Shown in pieces: positions 1 to 6,645 of a DNA stretch of 16,830 nucleotides; the first letter of the stretch is position 1, and each line of letters begins with the position of its first letter. Position numbers and translations under genes: made by a program. The stretch is from a candidate division WOR-3 bacterium (lineage in GTDB: Bacteria; Hydrothermota; Tepidihabitantia; Tepidihabitantales; Tepidihabitantaceae): contig JBDRUH010000031.1 in the NCBI GenBank assembly GCA_039801225.1, positions 1-16,830 of the forward strand. Reading direction: 5' to 3'. The notes below the pieces were generated by a model that ran no database searches, was not told where the DNA came from, and worked only from the letters and a program-made list of their open reading frames with translations.

Positions 1-1876
1 CCTCTTCCTTAAAGAAACCTCTCTTAATCAGTTCAGCCGTAAGGGCGACGAACTCCCTCCCCTCCATTTTTGAAACGGTTAAGAGGTCCTTTTGCTTAGG
101 CGAAATGTCCAGAACCGCTGAAAGTTTCAAAAGGCAAACCGCTTTGTCGCTTAAGTGGCTGAGCCTTTCTATGAAAATATCGCTTATTGTCTCAGGGATA
201 GTTAGTTTGCCTTTAAACTCCGGGAAGGAAATCTCGTTAATCAAGATGCTCATTATAAATGGGTTGCCATCACTGAAGTAATAGACCGTCTCTGCCCAGT
301 TGGCGATTCCCGGTGATTGAGATTGGTGTTTCTCTAAAACGGTCTGGACATCTTCGTAACTCAAGCGATTCAAACAAATCTTTTTTAACCCGAGTATTCT
401 CTGGAGTTTGCCAATGAAAACCGCCAGATTCTCCGCTTCTACATCCTCGGGGCGAACGCTGCCGATGAAGAGAATTTTCTTGTGGAGGCATTTTGAGATT
501 AAATAATAAAGGAAATCAAGGAATGAAGGAGAGGACCATTGGAGGTCATCCGTTACTAAAACTAACGGTTTTGAACCGGCAACAAATGAGATAAACTCTA
601 CGACCGGTTCAAAGCGAATTTCGCTAGGGTCCACTTTCTGGTGATGGACCGCTAAAAAATGCTGTTTTATCTTATTCCAATAGTCAGCCGCACCCTCACC
701 TTTGGTTAGTATCCCAGAAATTAACTTTCTTTTCATCCACCTTTTAATTCCCTCGTGGAACAGTTGACAGGGCGGGGAGGAAATAACTTGCGTGGGGGCA
801 CCATAAATTACCTCCACTCGTGCTTCATTCTGTTTAATAAACTCTTCAATTAATCTGGTTTTACCAATCCCCAGTTCCCCTTTTATAATAACCGCTTCTA
901 ACCCTGTCCCCTTCTCTACCTCATTCAAGAGGGTATTGAGTTCGGCAATCTCCTTCTCCCGGGCAACAAAAGGCGGCTCCACCCCCTTGGGGTGTCTCAA
1001 TCGCCACTCCGCCGGCACCTCTTTCAATAACTCATCAAGGTCAAATTTGGCGTTTTCTGCCTCTTCTTGTTTCTCACTTTCTACCTTCTTTTCCTCTCCA
1101 TTCCACCCCTCCTTAAATATTGAACAGCACAGATCTTGGGTTTCGGGTGTCGGGCTCAACCCCATCTCCTTTTTCAAAACCTCCCGGCACCGCTCATACT
1201 GTGCCTTTGCCTTAGTTCTATCCCCTAATAATAGATAGAGCCGGATGAGTTCCTGATGGAAACTCTCTTGGAGGGGATTGATGAAAAGCGCTTGACGGTA
1301 CAGTTCAACCGCCTCCTGGTATTCCTTTCGGATAATGAGCAAATCGGCTAAATTTTTCACCGCTTCGGTGAACTTCTGGTAAAACCTCTCCCGCTGAATT
1401 CGCTGCCAGTTCTCAAACTCCCAGCTTCCCTTGACAAAGAAGCCGTCCAGAAAATCGCCCTGATAAAGATGCACCGCCTCGGTTAAATATCCCATCCGCT
1501 GTGCCTCATCAATCTCCAGATTTCGGGCGAGGAGCAATTTCTTCTCAAACTCCTCAGTATCTAACCAGTAATTAGCCTTAGGGTTAAATTGGCACTGGTC
1601 CTGATAGGTAGTGATAAACTCATATTCCGGTCCTTCCGGAAACCCTAAACCGGTGTGCAGAACCCATAAAGTATATCTCAGATTATACTTTGCCTGTGTC
1701 TCACCGCTCTCCGGCCAGAATATTCCACAGAGTTTTTCTCGGGAAAAACTCTTATTCCTCTCCACCGCTAAATAGGCTAAAAATGCCTGAGTCTTTTTGA
1801 GAAGCGGCGCGCTTATCGGACGGTCATCTCTGAGTAACTTGAGGCCACCGAAGCAATAGATTTTTAAAACCGCCAT
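1..1876 (-). CDS. SARP-family transcriptional regulator: OmpR-type wHTH + BTAD + AAA/STAND NTPase (3' end beyond the window edge)
   Basis: Hand translation from ATG at 1876 gives an open frame to the edge (~625 codons). N-terminus MAVLKIYCFGGLKLLRDDRPISAPLLKKTQAFLAYLAVERNKSFSREKLCGIFWPESGETQAKYNLRYTLW is the SARP wHTH. BTAD motifs: WLDTEEFE, AVHLYQGDFLDGF, INPLQESFHQELIRLY, EMGLSPTPET. NTPase: PFVAREKE, Walker A GELGIGKT, Walker B LVLVTDDLQW, and SDGNPF. Missing from the ORF track because it has no stop in the window. Confidence 0.92.
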   Translation of the reverse strand, partial: MAVLKIYCFGGLKLLRDDRPISAPLLKKTQAFLAYLAVERNKSFSREKLCGIFWPESGETQAKYNLRYTLWVLHTGLGFPEGPEYEFITTYQDQCQFNPKANYWLDTEEFEKKLLLARNLEIDEAQRMGYLTEAVHLYQGDFLDGFFVKGSWEFENWQRIQRERFYQKFTEAVKNLADLLIIRKEYQEAVELYRQALFINPLQESFHQELIRLYLLLGDRTKAKAQYERCREVLKKEMGLSPTPETQDLCCSIFKEGWNGEEKKVESEKQEEAENAKFDLDELLKEVPAEWRLRHPKGVEPPFVAREKEIAELNTLLNEVEKGTGLEAVIIKGELGIGKTRLIEEFIKQNEARVEVIYGAPTQVISSPPCQLFHEGIKRWMKRKLISGILTKGEGAADYWNKIKQHFLAVHHQKVDPSEIRFEPVVEFISFVAGSKPLVLVTDDLQWSSPSFLDFLYYLISKCLHKKILFIGSVRPEDVEAENLAVFIGKLQRILGLKKICLNRLSYEDVQTVLEKHQSQSPGIANWAETVYYFSDGNPFIMSILINEISFPEFKGKLTIPETISDIFIERLSHLSDKAVCLLKLSAVLDISPKQKDLLTVSKMEGREFVALTAELIKRGFFKEE

Positions 1877-1929
1877 AAATAATTTATATTATTAGTTCCT
1901 CCTTTATCAGGACATCTAATATCTACCTT

Positions 1930-1959
1930 ATTATATATATATATAAACGCCTTTGTCAA
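1930..1959 (-). promoter_or_regulatory. sigma70-type promoter of the SARP gene (TTGACA-18-TATAAT)
   Basis: On the minus strand, TTGACA at 1959-1954 and TATAAT at 1935-1930 are both perfect consensus. The 18-nt spacer contains part of a (TA)7 tract. Confidence 0.7.
1932..1945. repeat. (TA)7 dinucleotide tract
   Basis: tatatatatatata at 1932-1945, overlapping the -10 element and the spacer of the SARP promoter. Confidence 0.85.
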
Positions 1960-2045
1960 GAACTGCCCCAATTTAAGGAGAAGGCAGAAAGCTAAGTTTA
2001 ATCCCAGTTAAAAACCATATAGGTTTCTTGCGAAAACAGTTTTCT

Positions 2046-2073
2046 TTGACAAGTTTTCTTTGCGGGTTATCCT
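2046..2073 (+). promoter_or_regulatory. sigma70-type promoter of the small Cys-rich gene, overlapped by 11-bp direct repeats
   Basis: TTGACA (2046-2051), 16-nt spacer, TATCCT (2068-2073). AGTTTTCTTTG occurs at 2038-2048 and 2052-2062. Confidence 0.55.
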
Positions 2074-2122
2074 GTTATTAGGCTATCATTCTGCTGAATA
2101 TAAACGCTTAAAAGGAGGAAAA

Positions 2123-2353
2123 ATGGCGCGAGTCAGTTGTCCGCAATGCCGAACTGCCAGCCAAACCTGGGCGCAGTATGAACACCGTGGGTGCCCAGCA
2201 TCACCTACCAACCTTTACACTTGGCGAAAAGAGGCAGAAATTGGACCGGATGGTAGACCATTAGACTATCCCTGTCCTGGTTGCCAGGATGGCATTCCCC
2301 ATCCACCCTCTTACTTTTTCTGTGAGAATTGCCATCATCAATGGCATCCGTGA
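2123..2353 (+). CDS. Small Cys/His-rich protein, 76 aa, putative double zinc-binding protein
   Basis: Strong SD AAAGGAGG at 2111-2118 just before ATG 2123, so the true start is internal to ORF 2060..2353. Sequence MARVSCPQCRTASQTWAQYEHRGCPASPTNLYTWRKEAEIGPDGRPLDYPCPGCQDGIPHPPSYFFCENCHHQWHP contains CxxC, HxxC, CxxC and CxxC. Confidence 0.8.
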   Translation: MARVSCPQCRTASQTWAQYEHRGCPASPTNLYTWRKEAEIGPDGRPLDYPCPGCQDGIPHPPSYFFCENCHHQWHP

Positions 2354-2378
2354 TTCCAGGCAAAACCCCACATCTCCG

Positions 2379-2429
2379 TCATTCCACAGAATCGTGCCCG
2401 TTTCCGGGCGAGCTTGCCGAGGAATCCCT
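2379..2429 (+). repeat. Left arm of a perfect 51-bp inverted repeat (GTCATTCC...GGAATCC-type REP-like element)
   Basis: tcattccacagaatcgtgcccgtttccgggcgagcttgccgaggaatccct is the exact reverse complement of 3351-3401. Internal hairpin gcccg-tttc-cgggc; terminal attcc/ggaat pairing. Confidence 0.95.
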
Positions 2430-2440
2430 CAGAAGAAGGA

Positions 2441-2492
2441 TAAGGTTAAGGTTGAGGAGTAAACTGTGGTCCGTCCTCTTAACCTCAACCTA
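2441..2492. repeat. Imperfect hairpin built of AGGTTR hexamer repeats; possible terminator between convergent genes
   Basis: taaggttaaggttgagga ... tcctcttaacctcaaccta, lying between the stops of the small Cys-rich gene (+) and fabG (-). Confidence 0.5.
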
Positions 2493-2536
2493 TTTCTGCG
2501 GACTCGGGACAGGCTCTTTAGGAGGAAGAACAGCGA

Positions 2537-3283
2537 TTACATTAACATTCCGCCATCAACCCTGATGACCTGCCCGGTGATATAACTGGCAGCCTCAGAA
2601 CAGAGAAATACACAGAGGTAAGCAACATCTTCCGGCGTTCCAGCCCGTTTTAATGGTATTGCATTGATATATGCCCGCCGTGTCTCTTCACTCAGTTTTT
2701 CCGTCATCGCTGTGGCGATAAAACCCGGGGCTATCACATTTACGGTAATATTTCTACCTGCCAGTTCCTTGGCGATAGATTTGGAGAAGCCGATCAGCCC
2801 CGCCTTCGCTGCGGCATAGTTTGCCTGTCCGGCGTTGCCCATCTCGCCAATCACTGAAGCGATGTTAACAATTCTGCCCCATCGGTTGTTAAGCATACTC
2901 CGGCAAAAGGCTTTGGTGAAATTAAATGCGCCCTTCAGGTTTACCGCAATCACCTGGTCAAACTCCGCCTCACTCATCCGTAAAAGCAAATTGTCCCGGG
3001 TGATGCCGGCATTGTTCACCAAGATGTGAACTCCGCCAAAATCTTTAATTATTTCTTCGGCAACCTGTTGCGCCTGGTTGAAGTTGGCAACATCAACCGG
3101 ATAGGCTTTTGCCTTGACACCTGATTGAACTAAATTTTCTGCCACCGCTTCCGCTGGTTCTTTCATCACATCACATATTGCCACCATGGCGCCAACTTTA
3201 GCCAGTTCCAAGGCGATCGCCTTTCCAATTCCCGCGCCAGCACCGGTAACCACCGCACACTTTCCTTTTAAATTAACCTCCAC
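2537..3283 (-). CDS. fabG: 3-oxoacyl-[ACP] reductase (classical SDR)
   Basis: TGAGAGIG Rossmann motif, NNAGITRD, catalytic YAAAK, APGFI, and YITGQVIRVDGGM. GTG start at 3283 has GGAGG 5 nt upstream (the ORF track start 3289 overlaps the SD). Confidence 0.93.
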   Translation of the reverse strand: MEVNLKGKCAVVTGAGAGIGKAIALELAKVGAMVAICDVMKEPAEAVAENLVQSGVKAKAYPVDVANFNQAQQVAEEIIKDFGGVHILVNNAGITRDNLLLRMSEAEFDQVIAVNLKGAFNFTKAFCRSMLNNRWGRIVNIASVIGEMGNAGQANYAAAKAGLIGFSKSIAKELAGRNITVNVIAPGFIATAMTEKLSEETRRAYINAIPLKRAGTPEDVAYLCVFLCSEAASYITGQVIRVDGGMLM

Positions 3284-3314
3284 ATTCACCTCCTAAAATT
3301 CGGGCACCCCTCCT

Positions 3315-3425
3315 GTCATTGCGAGGGGAGCCTGCCCCGAGCGAACAGAAAGGGATTCCTCGGCAAGCTCGCCCGGAAACGGGCACGATTCTGTGGAATG
3401 AGGGAGCCGAGGGGCTCACAATGAC
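3315..3425. repeat. Composite REP/MITE-like element with GTCATTGCGAG...CTCACAATGAC termini
   Basis: Terminal 11-bp inverted repeat with one mismatch (3315-3325 vs 3415-3425). It encloses gagcctgccccgagcga...agccgagggg and the 51-bp right arm. Confidence 0.7.
3351..3401 (-). repeat. Right arm of the perfect 51-bp inverted repeat
   Basis: agggattcctcggcaagctcgcccggaaacgggcacgattctgtggaatga is the exact reverse complement of 2379-2429. Confidence 0.95.
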
Positions 3426-3435
3426 GAGGGTGAAT

Positions 3436-3458
3436 GCAAACCTAAAGGTCTGCCCTAC
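3436..3458 (-). repeat. GTAG-type REP sequence
   Basis: Minus strand reads GTAGG-GCAGACC-TTTA-GGTTTGC: a GTAG tetranucleotide followed by an imperfect GC-rich palindrome. Confidence 0.65.
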
Positions 3459-3469
3459 AGCTCTATTCG

Positions 3470-3507
3470 TTTTGACTTTTGCAATTGGCATTTTGCCTTT
3501 TGAATTG
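3470..3507 (+). repeat. Degenerate 7-mer tandem repeat (TTTTGNN x5)
   Basis: ttttgac ttttgca attggca ttttgcc ttttgaa ttg. Confidence 0.75.
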
Positions 3508-3525
3508 AATACAAGGAATTCCCCG

Positions 3526-5241
3526 CTATCTAACGATGGTAAGCCTGCCAACATTTTTTTCCTTTATGTTCTCTTCATCAATCTCTACGATATAGAAATA
3601 CATCCCGCTGGTAACCGGTTTCCCCTTTTCGTTCTTTAAATCACGCCAGTAAGCCGCCCGGTGCTCAAGGTTAATCTCATCCGATTCCTTGTCTAAAACC
3701 CGAACCGGTTCACCGGCAAGATTAAAAATTCGCACCCGGAATCGGGGATATTTTCCTGCCAACCGGACCGAATCAGTCGGCGTGTAGACGATTGTTGCCT
3801 GAGAATTTTCGCTACCTACCACTACCGGATTGGGAAAGGAGTAGACCTTGCCTAAGAAAAGCGGTTCAATCTTCAAGACCGCGCTCATAACCGAATCGGC
3901 CGGGGAAATTTTCTCAATCACTACGCCGGTTTGCACCCCGTCGTAAAATGCGGTTGATGGGGTGGTGAAGTTTCGCACACCGGTGGTGCTATTTTTCCAG
4001 AGATGGGCATCGCTGCCGCGCTCGTTTGGTCCTAAGGCATAACTACCAGAGCCGTCAGCCCGCAAAATGCCAACCAGGGGGTGACGCTCATTGTCGTTGT
4101 TCGGCTGGGACTCGTCAATGTGCAGGATTAAAAGCCCACTGCCCGGTAAGCCAAGGTCAAATCCGATTCGCTGGCGATTCTCAACGAGAAAGTATTCGCC
4201 GCTACCCGGGCTTGATGGACTCCAGTCAACACCATTTTTATTCTTTAGGATTCGGAATGAACCTCCATCTGCTGCCACCGCTACCAGTCGGGCGGATACG
4301 GAATCAATTACTCCCACCTCTACCGAATCGGGGATTGTCCAGCCTAAGAGATATTTCGCCCAGGCACAGGGGTGAACCGGCGAACTACCATAAGGGTCGC
4401 TCTCCTTTGCTCTACCCCAAGAACCACCGGCCATCAAGCAGAAACCACCCAAACCAGCGCTGGAGTAGTCGGTGTCATAAAGGTCGGGCAAACCGAGTAT
4501 GTGACCAAACTCGTGGCAGAAAACGCCGATGGTGATCAACCGGTTATCAGTAAACCGCTCCGGCTGAACTGAAAAGACATCAACACTCACCCCGTCAGCG
4601 GTTTGAACCGGTCCGGGAGAACCGAAAACCGGGTCGGATAACTGCCACTTGTGCGACCAGATATGAGCGGGGTTGCGGGTCTCCTCAGCCCCGGGTCCGG
4701 AATGAACAATCAAAAGCCCATCAACAAAACCATCACCATCGCCATCGTAGCGGGCGAAGTCAATCTCCGGGTCAACCATTTTTACTAAGTCAACGACCAG
4801 ACCCTGGGTATTATGAGGGAAATCACCGTAAATCCCGAATGAGTCACCGAGATAGTAGCGGTAATTTTCCTTCATCCGATACCAGCCCCGGACCTCGCCT
4901 CTTAAGGAGAGTGAGCGGTAACTAACTTCGGCATAATAGTCGCTCATTGAGCCGGTATTACTGCTAAAGAGGAGGTTTTCAAAGTCGGAGTTACTATAGG
5001 TGTGGATATTGTCATTGAAATCAATTAGGATGACCAGCAACTCCCGTGCCCGGTCGGTGGGCAGCGGTAATCGCTCCGGTCTTTCAACTTTACCGGGAAA
5101 CTGCACACCCTTTTCTACTCCGGGCATCGGTGGCATCGCCATTACCCGGGGAGAGAGAAGGAGGACAAATAACAAGTCTAAAAAGCCAGTTCCCAGAAAA
5201 CTGAGGGCTGTCGTCCGTCGGCAAGGAGCGATGAGCGTCAT
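3526..5241 (-). CDS. Secreted M6-family (immune inhibitor A-like) metalloprotease with C-terminal FlgD-Ig/sorting-type domain
   Basis: Hydrophobic N-terminal signal followed by AMPPMP. M6 motifs LVILIDFND, SMSDYYAEVSY, IWSHKW, zinc site GVFCHEFGHILGLPDLYD, LMAGGSW and EYFLVENRQ. C-terminal YSFPNP...IFNLAGEPVR...WRDLKNEKGKPVTSGMYFY. Start overlaps the bactofilin stop (ATGA). Confidence 0.9.
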   Translation of the reverse strand: MTLIAPCRRTTALSFLGTGFLDLLFVLLLSPRVMAMPPMPGVEKGVQFPGKVERPERLPLPTDRARELLVILIDFNDNIHTYSNSDFENLLFSSNTGSMSDYYAEVSYRSLSLRGEVRGWYRMKENYRYYLGDSFGIYGDFPHNTQGLVVDLVKMVDPEIDFARYDGDGDGFVDGLLIVHSGPGAEETRNPAHIWSHKWQLSDPVFGSPGPVQTADGVSVDVFSVQPERFTDNRLITIGVFCHEFGHILGLPDLYDTDYSSAGLGGFCLMAGGSWGRAKESDPYGSSPVHPCAWAKYLLGWTIPDSVEVGVIDSVSARLVAVAADGGSFRILKNKNGVDWSPSSPGSGEYFLVENRQRIGFDLGLPGSGLLILHIDESQPNNDNERHPLVGILRADGSGSYALGPNERGSDAHLWKNSTTGVRNFTTPSTAFYDGVQTGVVIEKISPADSVMSAVLKIEPLFLGKVYSFPNPVVVGSENSQATIVYTPTDSVRLAGKYPRFRVRIFNLAGEPVRVLDKESDEINLEHRAAYWRDLKNEKGKPVTSGMYFYIVEIDEENIKEKNVGRLTIVR

Positions 5242-5609
5242 ATGCCGACCTTAATAGGTTCCTCTGATGTCCCCTTTATCATTGAGCAATTGCCCTCAAA
5301 AAAGCAGCCGGGCTGAATCACCAGACCGCCACAGGTAATATTACCAAACACCTGGGCGCCAGTCTGCAGTTCCACAGTTTCTGAGGCAAAAATATTGCCT
5401 TCAATCCGACCGGCGATCACCGCACTTCGGCAATGAACTTCACCCTTGAGGAGGGAGCGGGGTCCGGCAAGAAATATATCACCGAGGTCCAGTTTTCCTT
5501 CCACCTGACCGTCCAAGCGAAGACCACCACTTGCCCGGCAATCTCCTTTCATTATCGTGTCGGCGCCGACAATGGTGTCAACTTTACCGGTTGGTCTATT
5601 TTTTGTCAT
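5238..5609 (-). CDS. Bactofilin (polymer-forming cytoskeletal protein, CcmA/DUF583)
   Basis: DTIVGADTIMKGD...LRLDGQVEG...VIAGRIEGNIFASETVELQTGAQVFGNITCGGLVIQPGCFFEGNCSM beta-helix pattern; SD AAAGGAG upstream. Confidence 0.92.
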   Translation of the reverse strand: MTKNRPTGKVDTIVGADTIMKGDCRASGGLRLDGQVEGKLDLGDIFLAGPRSLLKGEVHCRSAVIAGRIEGNIFASETVELQTGAQVFGNITCGGLVIQPGCFFEGNCSMIKGTSEEPIKVGI

Positions 5610-5630
5610 AACGCTCCTTTTCTATATAGG

Positions 5631-5658
5631 AGTATATAACCATCGCCCTTTTTGTCAA
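5631..5658 (-). promoter_or_regulatory. sigma70-type promoter of the bactofilin-M6 unit
   Basis: Minus strand TTGACA (5658-5653), 16-nt spacer, TATACT (5636-5631). Confidence 0.65.
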
Positions 5659-5692
5659 GAGGTTGGATAAGGATGGGTTCGGCAACCGACCA

Positions 5693-5727
5693 TTGACTTT
5701 TATTAGTTTGACTCTAACTTTTATAAA
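5693..5727 (+). promoter_or_regulatory. Putative leaderless promoter of the radical SAM gene
   Basis: TTGACT (5693-5698), 16 nt, TAACTT (5715-5720). ATG follows 7 nt later and there is no SD. 26/34 identical to 6612-6645. Confidence 0.6.
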
Positions 5728-6615
5728 ATGCTTTGTAACGCCTGCCCGTTTGAGTGCAATGTTGACCGGTCAGTAAAACTGGGGAGGTGCCGGGCAAGCG
5801 ACACGATTGAAATCGCTCAGGCGCAACTGCACCACTGGGAAGAGCCGCCCATCTCCGGCACCCGGGGCTCAGGCACAATCTTCTTTACCCATTGCAACCT
5901 CTCCTGCAAATTCTGTCAGAACTACGACATCTCCCAGTTGGGCTATGGTCATAAGGTAACACCGGAGAGGCTTCTGGCGATTATGTTAGAACTGGAAAGG
6001 CGCGGTGCCCACAACATCAATTTAGTTACACCAACTCATTACACCCGGCAACTTATTCCTATTTTAGAAAAGGCACGGCAAAGGTTGAAGATTCCGATTC
6101 TCTGGAACTCCAACGCTTATGAAAAGGTGGCAACTTTGCGCCTTCTTTCTGGGCTGGTGGCAATCTATCTTCCCGACTTGAAATACTTCTCCGATGAAAT
6201 TGCCCGAAACTTCTCCTCCGCGCCCAACTACTTCCAACACGCCTCCCAGGCGATACTGGAGATGAAACGCCAGGTGGGGGAGAACATCTATGACAAGAAT
6301 GGTATCATCCAGAAAGGTTTAATTATCCGACACCTTGTCCTGCCTGGTCAGACCGAAGACTCAAAGAAAATCCTCACCTGGATTAAGGAAAATCTTGGTC
6401 CGGATACTCACATCAGTTTGATGGCACAATACTACCCAACCTATCGGGCAAATGAACTGGAAGGGATGAACCGGCGTCTGCGTCCCTCAGAATACCAGGA
6501 GGTATACCGCCACTTTCTTGAACTCGGCTTTAAGCAGGGATATTGCCAAGAACTCTCCTCAGCCTCGCCCGATTACACCCCGGATTTTGAAGGTAAGGGG
6601 ATAGAACAGATTTGA
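5728..6615 (+). CDS. PflX-like radical SAM protein (uncharacterised Fe-S protein)
   Basis: N-terminal CNACPFECNVDR, HHWEEPPISGTRGSGTIFF, radical SAM motif CNLSCKFCQN, plus HNINLVTPTH, IYLPDLKY, GLIIRHLVLPG and SLMAQYYP. Confidence 0.9.
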   Translation: MLCNACPFECNVDRSVKLGRCRASDTIEIAQAQLHHWEEPPISGTRGSGTIFFTHCNLSCKFCQNYDISQLGYGHKVTPERLLAIMLELERRGAHNINLVTPTHYTRQLIPILEKARQRLKIPILWNSNAYEKVATLRLLSGLVAIYLPDLKYFSDEIARNFSSAPNYFQHASQAILEMKRQVGENIYDKNGIIQKGLIIRHLVLPGQTEDSKKILTWIKENLGPDTHISLMAQYYPTYRANELEGMNRRLRPSEYQEVYRHFLELGFKQGYCQELSSASPDYTPDFEGKGIEQI

Positions 6616-6645
6616 CTTTTGGCTTTTGACCTCTAACTTTTATAA
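6612..6645 (+). promoter_or_regulatory. Putative leaderless promoter of purF
   Basis: TTGACT (6612-6617), 16 nt, TAACTT (6634-6639). GTG follows 6 nt later and there is no SD. Overlaps the upstream stop codon. Confidence 0.6.

Noticed and set aside
270..1238. ORFs 270..491 and 936..1238
   Set aside because: They are alternative-frame or antisense shadows of the SARP regulator CDS.
1877..1905. Strong SD (AAAGGAGG) 21 nt upstream of the SARP ATG, suggesting an earlier start
   Set aside because: An in-frame TAA lies between them and no canonical start codon sits at normal spacing. ATG 1876 is kept because it matches the domain N-terminus.
2321..2335. CENCH matches the c-type heme motif CxxCH
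   Set aside because: There is no signal peptide or membrane anchor, and the other CxxC pairs lack His. A zinc ribbon explains it better.
2351..2443. Possible selenocysteine read-through of the small gene's TGA
   Set aside because: The extension would run into repeat-element DNA, the TGA is not in a Cys-like motif position, and no SECIS-like hairpin follows immediately.
3363..3395. GCCCG-GAAA-CGGGC-AC resembles the upper stem, GNRA loop and AC bulge of group II intron domain V
   Set aside because: The lower stem carrying the AGC triad does not pair (caagctc vs gattctg), and there is no domain VI or RT ORF.
2379..3507. CRISPR array or IS element interpretation of the repeats
   Set aside because: There are no regularly spaced direct repeats with spacers, no cas or transposase gene, and no clear target-site duplication.
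2329..3639. Short ORFs 2329..2565, 3273..3554 and 3319..3639
   Set aside because: They are translations of repeat mosaics that overlap real genes, with no SD or recognisable domain.
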